From Balanoglossus misakiensis (Eukaryota; Animalia; Hemichordata), in NCBI GenBank assembly GCA_040954595.2, contig CM082577.2, forward strand, positions 9,759,846 through 9,823,845: a stretch of DNA of 64,000 nucleotides, in the 5' to 3' direction. Within the stretch, counting starts at the first letter, position 1, and each line of letters begins with the position of its first letter. Below the pieces are notes generated by a model that searched no databases, had not been told where the DNA came from, and saw nothing but the letters and a program-made list of their open reading frames with translations. The position numbers were made by a program, and so were the translations under genes. This document shows positions 11,301-26,000 of the stretch, piece by piece.

Positions 11301-14300
11301 ATATCATTGGAAAGATCACATGAGCTTACCTACCGTAGTTTACCTGGTCCTGAACAGTGCCAGCCATGTCTGTGCCTGCATTGCACAGGGCGAGGAAAGT
11401 GTGACTGTTTATAGGGACAGGACAGTAGCTGTAATATCTTTTATTTATTTGCATATAATGCATTTATTTTTGTTCTGTACACCGCAAACAATTTCCAGTT
11501 CTACTGATGCCCAAGAGTTAGACAGAATAAGTTGCCAAAAGAGAATTATCATACAGCTGCTGTCCCTTAGGAAATATCAGACAGTATATGCCTGATATAT
11601 GTTTTGACAGGCATAATGTGGTCACTGGGCTCTAGTAGAAATTTATCTGTTTTGAAGTTCATTTCAGAAAAAATCCAAAATAACACAAGTTCTGTTTCTC
11701 ACTTTGACAGGTTCATGAACAACCGCGCAGTCGGAAACAGTCCGTACCGACCGACACATTTTGAGCACTTTGCGAACTGCGTCACTCACGGGGTAGGTAT
11801 TCTTTTTTTTCACATTCATTCGAAGCCTTTGATCACAGTCTCGCTAATCACTAATTAAAGAAATTAGTTCTGTTTTAGTGATATTCTAACAAAATGTTGA
11901 TGTAAGCTGACTATTCGTTCCGGATTTGTGTGGTTATCGTGACATCATTCTTAACTCGTGAATATTTGCAGAATGACAGTTATTTTGATGGAGTCATGAG
12001 AGGAGACGTCAAAATCCAGGTTGTTTTTAATTTAACGACCTAAGAGAAAGGACTTGTTTTGCAAGGTCGAATCAGTCCCTTGCAAAACAAGACGACAAGC
12101 GACACCAATTGCAAATTTTAGGATGTACATGTACTGACTCTTTCAAGCGTAACTTGGCAACAAAAATATGGTTGACATCAAAGCACTTGTCGAGGAGGAA
12201 ACATGACAAGAATTTATTTATTTCTGATTTTTGAATCTGACCCCTCGATAACACTGCAACCCCCCGACTTTTGGTCTCGTATAATAGACTGACCCCTGTG
12301 CCATCATATTGATAACCTGACGAGATTAGCACTGATAAACAACATACATGTATATTCAATCATGTCTATGATTCAATGTAAATTTTCTGCTCGAGTGAAA
12401 TCAACTTCTAACTTGAAGTGGGCAACTGATATTTTTTTTTAATCGATGCCTTGTTTCAATGTTTGATTGCCAGCCCATCATTGCACTTTGAGACGACACA
12501 TTTACATGTATGATAGCCGAGTGAGTGAAGATTATTTGTTTTCAGCGAAAATGAAACGAAAAACAGACGGAAGTTTAACAGACAACATTTTTGGTCTTTT
12601 GACATACATAATCGTATATTAAGTGATGGTGCCACTCAGTGTATGTCCATTGATAAATGGACTATGTGAAGAATTCTAGTGGCAGCCTGTGGGATCGATC
12701 ATGTTTCCAGCAGACATTATCAAGACAGCTGGCACGCTGGTAAGACTCCAGCAATAGTGCACTGCAAGACCTGTAGACCTTGTTGTTGGAGTATTTTTAT
12801 AGCCACTGAAATGTTTTTCACTAAAAATACCGCCAAGAAAATGCAGTGCCATCTGCACTTTAGAGCAACATCCCCCTTTGTTTTGTCAAATATGTTTAAT
12901 TCTGTGTTTGGCTTGAGGCGGTAGGGCATTTGCTGGTTGCCAGAAAAAATTATTTTCGGGGAAGTCTGAATTGTGGCGACAGGCCTAAATTCAGTTTTAG
13001 AAGATTGACTATAGGCCATTGGTCTGCCCATAGTCGCTTCCACAGTGTGGATTGACTGCGGTCCACCTCAGTACATGTATATGCAAACCTTCCTTGCTGT
13101 CAGCGATGAAGTACCAAGTCAGTATATTGATGTGTAACAGGCAGCAAGACACTGGATTGACCCCAGTTTGACACAAACATCTGAAACACCCGTTACATCA
13201 AAGAAGGATCAGGTCTCAAGTATGGCCTGGAGGTTTGATTTTCTTCGTTGTGTTATCGGAAAAGAAGCTTTTCAGAATTTAGAAGTAGGCAGTTTAAGTA
13301 AAGTGGGTAATTGAGCATTAGGTTAAGAAGACCATCTCCTTATGTATTTAGTTGCGAACAACCAATCCTAAAAAAAGATGTCTGCCAGAACAGGCGTATT
13401 AGTTGCAACGACGTTCATTGTAGAAATTGGTAAAGTATTATTTTGTTTTGTTGAAGGAAGTTTGATAGAAAAACAACATTACATGTACTTTAATACCCCA
13501 CACACACCCACACACATAACACACACACACAACCCAATTTCTTGAAATATCTTGAGCACAGAAGGGGTCATAATGTCCCTTGGGGATCCTAACCCCCCCC
13601 CCCCCCCCCCATGTCCCACCCCAATTGTGTCATAAGGGGCAAGTCATCAGTATACATGTTCACAAGTGACTCTGATATGAATGTGTACAGTATATGTATG
13701 TATGTACACAATGTCTATTGAAGTACTTTTGCCCTTTGTGTGTTCGGAGATGCACAGATGTTTATATACTTTATATTACGGTTCCCGGTATTTTTTTTGC
13801 TAGCGATTACTTCCCATTTGAATCCAAATTGAGGCCACGTTGCCATAATTTATTTAAAAAAATAATATTGTAGTATAAAATGTCAGAGTTCTAGCGTGGT
13901 TGTCATCATCAGCCCTCAGGGTGCTTTGCAAAAGGCATCTGAGTAAACTCACTTGGAATTCTGGTGTCAATGAAAGCAAATGAGTATAGTGACCTTAGTA
14001 TATCAACTAATCTGTATATTTATCAACACAGCAGCAGTTGATCCTGGACTTGGATTAATTATTTGACGTGTTTTTTTTCCGTTGTTCGGTACTGTTGGCG
14101 AAGCATTATCAATTTCCACTAATGATACATCCGAAATTAATGTTTACACTTGTATTCCCAATATCCAATACATTTATCAAATCAAAGATTAATATTCATA
14201 ATAAGTTGATAATTGAGGAAACCCAGAGTGACAAGATTTGAAGGAACAGATATGGCATTTTGAAGGGAAAATTTTTTTCCAATTGATCTAAAATGGCAGA

Positions 14301-17300
14301 AAGGGGAAGACAGACTTGTGGTGTTAAAGAAATTCTTTGTGATATAAATTTGATAGTGATTTGATTTGAGCTGAAAATATACAGTCCAGTACATGTATGT
14401 CAGGCCATAAATACACGGACAAAATACACTCCAATACCACAGACCATAAAATACACAGGCTTACTGTACAGTATGTAAAGGTCATTTACACATTTACATA
14501 CATTTAAAAATTGTGACTTGTTTTGTACACTATTAATCATCAATGTGAAAATATTTGGAAAAGATGGAATAGCCATATGGCTACATTCCCTCTGTAATTC
14601 TAAAAGTCTTTATCTGACTGCTTGTCTTTGCGTCTGTTTTTGTCAAAAAATCATTCAACTGTCGTACATGGTTGAGTTACATCCACTGATAGAAAGATCG
14701 TTTCTTAATGTAAAAAAAATCGTGCAGGATTATATCTTGGTTGGTGTACATTACATTTAATATCTGTGCATTGGGCAAAGCCAGTTCATGATACAAAATC
14801 TCATTTTCCTCCAACTTTTTGCTTCAGGCAAAACAAAATCAAATGGCAGCATTTATCAGAAGTGCTTTCTCCGAAAAGGCTTGAAAGTACATGACGTACG
14901 CAGAGATTGGTATGAATTGGATGACCGTGATTCTAGAAAGACTGATAATGAAATGGCCATGTCACATCTGTAGAAAACCTGTTTCACGATACAAGGTTAT
15001 CTTTTGAAATGAATTTTGCAGTGAATTCCAGGAAAGCGTGTGTTTAAAAAAAAAATCAGATGTCCCAGGTCTTCTCAAGAAAAACTGCAAGCACACCAAG
15101 CAGTGTTCTGTTGGGAGGGGGGGGGGGGGGGGAGATATAATATGGAAAAAAAAGATAAAATTAGTGATGACAGTAGTTGCTATGGCAACCTTGATTTATC
15201 TTACCAATTAAAAAAGTCCATGCCTCTAGTATTAGGCTTCTCGATTTTAATTATGCAACTGCGCAGTTTTTGCCAATTAAAATAAAAAAAATAAAAATGT
15301 TCTATACTGAGGGAATTCGCCCACAATTGCTGCGAACCTCTGTTTAACGAATAACAATGGGATTAACTGAATAATTGACGTAATGCTAACATTATGAACC
15401 AACTCATTGTTCATTCTGACAAAACAATCTGTCGGGCTTTTTATGGAGTGTTATGCCATGCGTCACTTTAAATAGCTACAAAGGATTGAATGAAACCTTT
15501 TGAAGGTGTTTTGAAATCAGTTTCTTGGAAACCAAAGTTCATTGAACTGATTACATATTTTCCTATTTGTTTCACAAATATTGCCAATTTTAACTACCAT
15601 TATTGTTTCCATGACAAAAAAGTATGGACTGAAAGAAATAAGAAAATTAACTACAATGTACATGTAAATTCTTTAGTGTGAACATTTCAACAGCTGTTTT
15701 TTGTCAATCAAAAATAAAATTGCCATATTGGTTCCCAAGTAATGTTGTATAATACATTGTACCTGTACATGTATGCACAACTACAGTTGAACATGCATGT
15801 GGCTTTTATGCAGCATGTGTCATATATAACAGCCCTGCAGGACAGCAGCATATTACAATAACTATGAAACCACAGTATTAAATGCAGAATTCTACTTGGT
15901 GTCCTATTGGTGAATTTGTTACATGTAGCTGTCAGCTCTACCCTGACTGACCAGCTCTGGTATTTGGACAGAGTACATGTATCTTTGATTGGATGGCCCA
16001 GTCATAACTGGCATCCCATTGGCTGTATAAGCCGGTTTCTTTCGTTCATGATCTCGCCGGTCACTACAAGCCATAACGACACAATCAAATTGGTTGAGAT
16101 CTTTTTCTTTGTCTCATGGCATCATGACATGATGTCTGTTCACGTCCATTATCTGATCGATGAACAGGAATGGTACAAATACGTAACACAGAAATGACAC
16201 AGAAAAACTCAAGTTTGAATATTCTCCTTCATTTCTTTCAGTTATGGATCATCCCGAGCATCATCGCTCTGCTGATCATGCTGGAGCAGGCGTACGGCTA
16301 TCACCAGCAGTTCAGCGCTATGGTCTACTGCACGGCTCTCATAGCCCTCTTCACAGTCTCCACCACCTTCCACACGTTGGCCTGGAGCGGTAAGGCAAAG
16401 TAAGTGACAGTGGGATTTTGGATTTTGTGCCACGCTGTAAATGTTTGAAGTGAACCAACCTACTACTATTGTCAAAGCTACAATAATTTTCATGCTTAGT
16501 ACATGTATACAGACATCACACAGTACCAATTTTTGCCGAGCAACAGCCAAGAGTTCGCTTCCGTCACTCAAACTGTTATGGATTTATTGATCAGTGACAT
16601 CATGCCACACCACAATCACAATGCCACACTTACATGTACAGGAACAACACGTACGGTACCAAAGTACATCTGAGAATGACCCGACATACTTTCTCAGACG
16701 ATGTGTACATGTACAAAGCACCACTTTGACAGTGTACATGTAACAACAGTGAATCGCATAACACAAAATTCAAGCACCTGGGTACGCATACTCATAACTC
16801 TACAGACCTCTGATCTATCGGTCTCGGGCCAACACAGCCCACACAGTTCATGGCTTCATGACACCAAACTCACACAAACGTAGATACACTCTGACCACAC
16901 AAAGCAGAGTTCACCATGACAACCACATTACCATCCAAATTTACACCACACTTCCCAGTACCAGATAAACAACAATCTCGTTTGCCAGTCGCACTTCAGG
17001 TGTCGGGGTGACATAGACTTATAGTGAGTACGAGTGTGCCCTCAAAACAGGATCATCCATTTGAGAGAGAGAGAGAGAGAGAACTTCATCCCAACTCATC
17101 ACGTTCATCCTTGCGTGACAACACACACGTACATGTACCAGTGGCATGTATTTTGCATGAAACATCTACTCAATAGTGCACTGATATATGCCGCATGGCG
17201 TAATTTAACAAGTTCCCATTTACAACACTGGACACAGCCGGACTTTTTTTTTGACCAGCCGACCTACATTTTTTACTGCCTTGGCGCGAGGAGGAAGTTG

Positions 17301-20300
17301 TAACTCAAGGGTTGTTAATCATCCCAGAGACAAATTTAGAAATCTTGATCCCATTGTAAATCAGCTGATAATGAGAAGTCCTCATTGTCGGTGCAAACAT
17401 CTGTGTAATCCGTTGGTAAACTTTTGAGTACTAGTATCTGGGGCGGCTTCATTTATGGTGAAATAATCAATCGAGAAGTTGTATACCATTGATTTATACG
17501 CCATTGTTGTGGCATTGGTGGATGTGATAAGTGAAGTATTGCCGCAATCAGTGGCTGTATATCTCGAGACTGAATTTTTGGGCCCTTGAGGGCGCTTTTT
17601 ATCGTTCGACACTGTCCCTTGTCTGTTTTGAAATAGATACCAATACAATAATCTATCACCCTCAAATGTCCGTTATATTCCAGATGATATTGAAAAGATA
17701 CCCTTGTTGAATGATTTCATGATATTCAATTTTTTTTTTTTTGCAATGACAGCATATGGCATAAATCTTGCTATACAACAAATTCCTTCTGAAGAAATTG
17801 TTTCATATCCCTGTAGCACAGTCTCAAGTTCTCCTTTCGATTTCTGGGGGGTCTGAAAGTGAAACCAATCCTTAGGTTGAGTAGAAGTCAAGAAATGAGA
17901 AGAAGAATTTGAAGTGTATCATGATTTGTGCAATAGCATGATTACATTTATTGCTTTTTATAAAGACATTTCTGTTCTCCATACTACATGTAAGTTGAAC
18001 CAAAATGAAAAATCAGAAAGTAACATGCCCATTTTATCAATCATCAACTTTTTAGTGTCCAAGTCAGCTGGTCCAAGTGCTCATAAAAATAACGCAAGTG
18101 GGATATAAGATGGAAACATTTGCCACGTCATCCATTTAAAAGGCCCTGTCCAATTGCAGGTTAAAAATTTCAGTGTGTCTGACAGAAAAATTTGAATGTG
18201 TTGACAGAAAGTGTCATGGCTGTGAATAAGCTGTTACACGCGATTCTCTCAGTAAATATCACAGTTCATTTTGTGTCATGAAGTTACATTAAACGCCCTA
18301 ACAGACTTGTTATGACACTCTGGATCACACAGACAAATAAATCTCCAACTGACTATAAGGTTAAGCGACTTGGAAAAATATGTCGCTAAAAATACATGTA
18401 GCTTACATACGGTGCATATATATTATTAATAAAGGACTTGTTTGGTTCTGTGCTTGGGGTGAGGGAGAGAGATTGGAAAAGTCAGGTTGTAATTTTAACA
18501 ATCTCAAACCAGTAAAATCAAAAGTAAATGATGAATGAAGTAAATTTAAAATTTCATATTTAGTTTTTGAAAGCAGCACAGAACACCTGAGTCTGCTTGC
18601 TATTCTTCAGAATTTGAAATGATCAGTTGAATATTTTTGGTGGACCATCATTGTAGTCTTCAACAACTGACTGTTTGTCTACTTTCACCATGTATAAATA
18701 ATATTTTTACTGAATATTTTTCCCATTTTTGTTTTGTTTCGCAGGAATCTGTTTTTCTTCTTCCATGTGGGGGATAGAGCAATAATCTACCTGTTCATTG
18801 CTGCATCATACACACCATGGTAAGTGGGCAGTATTTCATTTATAGGCTTGTGCCTTTACCCTGTGGTTGAAGCAATCTTCTAGATTCAGAGTTAATTCTT
18901 TTTCACTTTGATATGGAGGTCAATCACTCATCAATCAATCAATCAGTCAATCCATCAATCCATCAATCAATCAATCTAGTATGTGCTATCTATCCAAGCT
19001 GAATGCAATGAAATCAACCTTAACTGATCCATCCGAAAACCCAGCCACGAAGCAATTATAAAACAACCTCTGCATCCACACAGCATTGACAGCACAATTT
19101 AGCAACTGGTTCCCTGTATAAAACAGAATTGATAGAGGCGGCCTGTAATTAAATATTAGCAACTCCGCTTTGATGTGTATTGTATAACAGTTTGATCTGC
19201 GATGTTGTTACATTTTGCTGACGTGGTTGGGTTTTGAAAGCAACTGACCCAATTACTGGGACACCGGATGGTGGAGTCGCGTGGCGTGTGTGAATTTAAT
19301 ATTCACACACACAAAACGTACATGTAACATATGCCAATCGTGGCCATGTATGCTTCAAGCGTTGGTGTCATCCGTCATTTCAGCTGTGTTGTGTATGTCG
19401 GTAGACAACAAGTTTAGTGGCAATAGTTATCAAAACCTGCCTGGTGGAAGTCAAATGACTGGGAATGCAAAGGGGGATAGTTGGTTTTTCTTTTAATGAA
19501 AAAAGAGTAATTGACGGAGGTTGTATGAGAGAGAACTGTGAAGTGAATGACGGGAGTGATGTCATCCAAAGACAACCTCAGGGGTGCGAGGTTTTTTTGT
19601 ATGCAGTAATTTACTCAACGTCTAGTGAATTTTTCAACAAAATGAACAGGATGATGTTGTATCTGCTGACCTTTTTGAGTGATGGATTTTGTCAGATATT
19701 TTAATCCACTTTTAATGGAATAAATTTTCGCCAAAATTATCATACACTCACTGTCAAGATGTGTTAAAAAAGAAGACATCACCAGCTTCAAGTTGTATTT
19801 TCTGACCTCGCTTACTTGAGTACGGTGTCTGGAAATTCTGACCTGAATTCTAGCGTTTCCAGCAGTTAGCCTAATTCCACGATATAACGCAGATAAACAG
19901 ACGTCATAAACCGTTGATTTGGAGTTAGCTATGTGTGAGGTTTTTTTCTGCCAGAGGCTTTGCACACCACTGCTATTAAAGTTACATTTGCAACCATCAA
20001 TAAAAAACCTACACTGCTGATAGATCCCTGTGGATCTTCTATCAGGACAGATAGTGTATTCATGGTCGCCTCAGAGGCATTCAGATTTATGGCGGACTCG
20101 TGAAGATTTCGACAAAAGAAAAATAAATTCAACTGCGCAATAGTTGTACATAATGATTAGATTTTTGAAATCATTTGAATTATCCAAAATGATACGCAAA
20201 AGTATCAATTTGGGAGATTATTGTGCAGAAAATAATACTAGTAGTTTCTATCAATTTTTCAATACACCGGTATTTCAGCTTTTCTGGAAGCAATTCTTTT

Positions 20301-21862
20301 CTAGGAATTTTCTGGTCACGACATAAATATATGCTATTTAAAGGCTGGTTACTGTGCAACAATTTTATCAAAAGGATGAATATTTCAAATTTTTTGTCGT
20401 CCTCAGTCCTGAATGGCATTAAGAGTGTTTTTGCCGCTTTATTTTATTAATTCGCTGAAAATTCTTTAAAAATTGAATTAGATAGAATTTTTCGCATGAA
20501 AACAGGAGCTTTGTTCAAGTGTTGATACCACGATGAATAAACACACTATTAAATGGGAAAAATAATTAATAAATAAAATTTCTTTACATTAAAATGTAAG
20601 TTGATATAGTACCCACATGTACATAGTTGGTTATTCGTCACGGAATGTAGGAGATTTTACGCACGGTTTGAATTTTCCCTCTCACCATGGAGTGGGATTG
20701 AATGTAAGCCATACAAATTGATGATTAAAAGGATATTCTTCTTCTCACATTTACAGGTTGTACTTAAAGGAGATGGGATTTTTGGGCGCCCAGATGCGTT
20801 GGCTGGTTTGGGTCTTGGCGGGGCTTGGGATCATGTACAACTACATGTTCTACGAGAAGTAAGTCTCTTTCACTCGGTAGTCACGATCTCACACCAACAC
20901 TTGGTGTGTCAAGTTTTCACATTTGTTTCTGTGCCTCTTTGTGTGGAGATCTTTATTTTGCAACCAACCAGGTCTGAAAAAAACAGACCATGCAACCCCA
21001 GTGAGCAAATTTTCAGTGTCTTGGAGATCATTTTGACTTGAGTCTTGACTCTTGAGATGGATTGCGTGCTCAATGTCTGTGGCGTCTATGTACATGTTAA
21101 TATACCCTGTGTTACTATTTTCAGATGTTAGAAATGTTTTTTTTCTCTCTCTCTTTTCCAGGTACAAGAAACTGGAGACGCTGTTCTATTTATTGCTTGG
21201 TATATGTCCATCTGTTGCATTACTCTCAATGGTAGGTGTTGCTGGGGGGCAGTCTGTCTGAGCGTCCTCTGCCCTTGTCTTTCTTTCACCATTCTGTTTG
21301 TAATTAGAAATGAATTTATGTGATGAACAGAATTACAGTATTTGAGCGGTTGATCTTGTATCATGAGTGTGCAACCCACAAACTGGAAAAAATATAATAT
21401 TTCAATAGTTTCTTCAAGAGTCAGCGTGAGAGCGCAGGAAAAGAGTGTTCTACTGAAATCTGTTGATTTGCATTTGGTATTTCAGTTTATCTCTTGGCTG
21501 TACTGTCATATCCGGGCTTAATTCTCAGTCTTCGTTTCGCGTGATGAATGGAACCGGTTTTGCTTCCAGTGCATGACTCTTGTGTCGTCTCCCTCTCTTT
21601 CTTATTTTGGCAGCGCTCGTCGCACGACGGACTCCAAGAGGTGGCCTACGGCGGTCTGATCTACATCGTGGGCGTGATCTTCTTCAAGAGCGACGGGGTC
21701 ATCCCGTTCGCCCACGCCATCTGGCACCTATTCGTGGCCGCCGGCGCCTTCTTTCACTTCTACGCCATCTCCACCTATCTGATGGGCCCCGGCAGGACGT
21801 TGCACCTGGACGAGGTCCTCACAATGGACAGTGCCCTCACAGTCGAGTCGGCAGAGCTGTAG
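8302..21862 (+). CDS. MMD: Monocyte-to-macrophage differentiation factor (MMD/MMD2, PAQR11/10; haemolysin-III-like 7TM), 7 exons, 271 aa
   Basis: Exons 8302-8381, 11711-11792, 16242-16399, 18745-18819, 20757-20858, 21162-21231 and 21614-21862 splice in frame (816 nt). Motifs [44 protein letters not shown] and [19 protein letters not shown] are diagnostic of the MMD family. Confidence 0.95.
9990..10034. repeat. Short tandem duplication AAAAAATTACAACAAGGGGGAGT x2
   Basis: Read directly from sequence. Confidence 0.85.
11711..11792 (+). CDS. MMD: MMD exon 2
   Basis: TTTGACAG|G acceptor; [27 protein letters not shown]; GGG|GTAGGT donor. Confidence 0.93.
15176..15189. promoter_or_regulatory. RFX X-box-like site
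   Basis: GTTGCTATGGCAAC, one mismatch to the palindromic GTTGCCATGGCAAC. Confidence 0.35.
16242..16399 (+). CDS. MMD: MMD exon 3
   Basis: TTTCAG| acceptor; [14 protein letters not shown]...[13 protein letters not shown]; AA|GTAAGT donor. Confidence 0.92.
18745..18819 (+). CDS. MMD: MMD exon 4
   Basis: TTTCGCAG| acceptor; [25 protein letters not shown]; TG|GTAAGT donor. Confidence 0.94.
18927..18976. repeat. (ATCA)n microsatellite
   Basis: Read directly from sequence. Confidence 0.85.
20757..20858 (+). CDS. MMD: MMD exon 5
   Basis: TTTACAG| acceptor; [34 protein letters not shown]; AA|GTAAGT donor. Confidence 0.94.
21162..21231 (+). CDS. MMD: MMD exon 6
   Basis: TTTTCCAG| acceptor; [23 protein letters not shown]; ATG|GTAGGT donor. 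Confidence 0.93.
21614..21862 (+). CDS. MMD: MMD exon 7 (terminal)
   Basis: GGCAG| acceptor; [41 protein letters not shown]...SAEL*. Confidence 0.95.
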   Translation, partial: RSSHDGLQEVAYGGLIYIVGVIFFKSDGVIPFAHAIWHLFVAAGAFFHFYAISTYLMGPGRTLHLDEVLTMDSALTVESAEL

Positions 21863-22906
21863 AGACTTGGGTCAACTCGGTCACTTCTTCACAACGAACA
21901 AGATCAGGAAATCATGTATTTGCAAGATTGGAACAGCGCCCTCAAGTTCCGGATCGCGCTCCCAACGTCGATTCACAGAATCTCGAGACGTGTCTTGCTG
22001 TACTGTTGTGTGATTTTTTACGTGTGTGTTTTTGAAGTCAACTCATATCGCACACAATTGACCAAAATGTTTTCGATCGAGTGTGTCGTTGTACATAACT
22101 TAAACGTAAACACTTTTAAAACACAGAACAGGGACTTAAAACGAACAAGCAATTTGTTGATTTTGATTGAAATGCTCCATGTATAAAGAGTACATTGCAG
22201 TTTCTTCATTGCGGTATTGTTTTTGAAGTCGCCCACTATGTGGCGGTTGGGATCAGACAAAAATTTCTTTGCTACCTGAGGTGAAAACTTTTCCCAGATG
22301 CGAACTTTTTCTACTTAAAAGGTGTCTACATCTGTGAATGTAATCCAGATGGAACATGACACACAGAGATCTCTGTCAGTCAACCATTTGGGAGGTTTCG
22401 AGCATATCAGGTGCAAAGAATATTTTCTGTTCCCATCGTGCGTCTCATTTTGCAGACAAATCAAGCAATCTGCCGAATCGTATTTTGGGTCAACTCAAAT
22501 CATTGAACTCACTCACATCCATGACTCCGCAGCATTACATGCTACTGCCAACCGACGACAATTACTTGTCGAGCTGTTTTCAACGTCTTGAACGTCGCAT
22601 GACAGTTGAGAATTTTTCCTGTGTGTTTATATATTAAGTTCCATCGAGTTTTTTTCTCTCTCTCGCACAAGTCAGCATGCATGACAAAGATTTTAGACCC
22701 TCAGTCTTTTAACTGTAAGTTTTATATTTACAGGGTATTCTGTCGGCAAGATATGTATTTGTGAATTTATTTTAATTTATGTTCAACTTTTGCTACTTAA
22801 GACATTATGTGGTGGTTAACACGTATTTTTCTGAGTGTGCCAAGGGTTTGATACTTACTATTTATTGTTTCTGGGACAGATGCAAATTACAGTGTACTGA
22901 GAAATG

Positions 22907-23001
22907 ATAACCCTTTCACCATCATGGTTTGGTCCAGACCCATTGTTTTCTATGGTAAAGTTGGACCATCTATAGAGGTAAACTGGGGGTGAAAGGGTTA
23001 A
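22907..23001. mobile_element. ~87-bp piggyBac-like MITE, copy 1 (in putative MMD 3' UTR)
   Basis: ATAA|CCCTTTCACC...GGTGAAAGGG|TTAA; homologous to 37687-37779. Confidence 0.78.
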
Positions 23002-26000
23002 GACTCACTGATAGTTTTCCATACACATGCAATCCTGTATTAGACAATTTAAACATGCACATATATGCACAGACCACACATACATACACATACTAGTACA
23101 TGCATATGTACGTACACACACACACACATCCATACATGCATGCACAGATACATGAATTGAGAGTACATAATTTCAAAGTAGAGGCAGTTTGTTTCACAGT
23201 TGCCAAAACATTAACGTTTCCATGGCATTGCTGGTTGAGGCTGACATCATTTTTTTTTTTTGCAAAACAACTACTTTTTACTGAAATAGAAGTATTTTAC
23301 AGCTTTGAGTACCTTGTTTTGTACAGTGAAATGGCCAACACACAATCTGTGTTTTGAAAACCCTTGTATGATGGTAGGTTGTGTGTTGGCTGATTTCTGT
23401 GTTGCCAACATTGAATAACTTGTAAGCCATGATGTCCGAGTACAACTAAGTCACAGTCGACTTTTTGTTAACAATCTTACTGCAGATTGAAAAGTCTTGA
23501 GTTGATATTGAGGGAGAAAATCCTCTCACTCCTTATTCCTAGTGTTCCAGGCTGATTCCCCCTTTGACAACAATAGGGAGCAACCAAATGCTTTTCTGTG
23601 GGCGGGGTGACAGGGTGCAATTCAGTCTATGGGAAGCCAAGGCTGAACAAACGTCATGTCATTTTACTTGCTGTAAACGGAAAAAGGATTTGTATTTTTG
23701 ACATTTTCAAGTTAGAGTACAGATTGTGGTCAGTTTCAGTTACTCTTAATAGTGCTGACGATTCACCCCCAACATCCCTGCTTTTCTAAGTGGTATAACC
23801 CAGCATACAGTTTTTAAGTAAAATTGTGTTTGGTTCGTGTATTTTTTTTGTTTCTTTACCAAATTCCACATTTTTCTACCATTCCAGAATTTACAAGCCG
23901 GTCAAAAATTTTGGCCTGCCTAGATTGTGCCTAGTGAAACTCACGGTATTTTTGTTGTTGCTTACTGAATCAGATTTTACCGCTTGTCGTAAGGACAGGT
24001 CAATGTGTGTAGGAAAAAAAGGTTTTCAGTGAACAGATGATTTATGTGGAAAGCAGAAAGGGGATGTCAGCCTAATTTATCAACCAAGAATCAAAAATTC
24101 CACAGCATTGATGATGGTAATATTGTGATGTACAGCTCTCAAAAATTGACGTTGGCGTAGAAATTTGTCATCGCCAAACTCCACCTTACACTCTATATTT
24201 GTGACACGTCAATTTTGTCTCGAAAAGTAATTTTGTGATGTCCAGTTGAGATCTTTGTCGTTGAAAAACGACAAATTCAAGCGTTTTTGGATCATGCGAA
24301 CGGACAACATTTTTTAGCTATTCTCAGAGTCATTTTATCATCTGTACCTCAATCACTCTCAGACATTGTCTTGACACAAATCTACATGTAAATTATATAT
24401 TTAACTATATACTACACAGATTTTGGATTTTATCACAAAGATAACATTTTTACCTACTAGGAAAGATATCTATTTTAAATCACTAGTCTTGTTAGTCTCT
24501 CGTATCAACAAAGCACTTTTATTCTATCGTATGTGAAATTTAATAGAAAGTACCTGGAAATCTTGATGATATTTAATGAAAAAAAATTGACTAAGAGTGT
24601 GAAGTTGATCACCAGAAAAGATATCCTGCTATTTTTTTCTTTCCTTTGTAAAAAATACTTGTGATTCCTGTTTAAAAAATTCAAAAGTTTCCAACATCAC
24701 CTAAAATGGTGTCAGAAGGCTCCCCTGTCACATGACCACTCAGACTTTGACCGATTTAAACCATCCAAAATTCAAGTTGGGAGAGTAATTTGTGACTGTG
24801 GCGGTGATAGCCGAAAAAGTTATATTTTTCAAAAATACGAGAGCATATAAGGAAATGAAAATATGGTTCATTATCTTGACTGGTGATATTATAGTTTCCA
24901 TCGAAGGACTAGCCTCGACTAATGTGGATCTAGGCCATACAGTCTTGAAAATAAGTATTTTTAGAAGTGGAAGTATTGGTTGATCCTATAGAGAATACTT
25001 AAATCCTGGTTGACAAGGCTGAAAGATTTATACCTTGTTTATCGTAATGTGCTGTCTTGACCAGCGAAACAGACAGCAAACATGGTCTGGGTTATTCCAC
25101 CAATTTACTGATGGTACAATGTAAATACATGGAGGTTTTTTCCTCCAACAGTGTACATATGTGAGAAAATATACAGAATATTTAATAATTGAAATTGGAA
25201 GTGGTCAGTTGTTTGCGTTTTTAAGAACTGTGATCCAGGAAAAGGTCTGCCATGAATTAATTGTCTTGCTTCCAATTGAATATGAAATGTTACTGAGCTA
25301 CTTATTTAAGAATAACAGTGAGCAACTGTAATACCGGTATCATGTACTTTAAATTAATTAATTAATTATTTAATTGTATTTTAATTATGAGATTTTACTG
25401 ATAACTTTAAAGATTTTTATCGTTGATTGTGTTTGAATGATATAGAATTGGGAGAGTGAGATAGTATATCTTGAAACGAAGTCAGCAAGGATTATTGGAC
25501 AAACTTTTGGTTTCACAGCTGGAAATTTGTCCAATGCAGCTACAAAGAAAATGTACTTAGAGATTATTCGCCTGTTGGTTTATACTTGTATGCGTTTGTG
25601 AAACCTGTCTACCGACATAATGTGGGGAAAGTTGAGTTGGCCTATTCACTACTCAAAAGAATGGGATTTCACATTTCATGGAATTTTAGAGAAGAAAGTT
25701 GATTTTAGAGAAAATTGATTACAGAGGCTGGATGAAGAGATATGAAAATCACAATAGCATATTTGTGTTCCACTTCCATTGTAATTTTTCATCATAATTC
25801 TTTCACATGCTTTAAGATTATTTAAGATAATTTGACCGGTGTACTATGTTTCATTTTAAAGTTTGTGTGCTCTGTAAATCTGCCAGACCAAGGGAAACTG
25901 TTTTAGTTTTATGATTATATGAATAATTTGGTTCGAACAAGTCAGATAATCTTGTTTGTCTAAGAATTTTTTCTTCTTCCTGAGTTGTCATTTTTATGAA

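Noticed and set aside
21580-22035. 151-aa Arg-rich overlapping ORF
   Set aside because: Alternative frame of GC-rich MMD exon 7.
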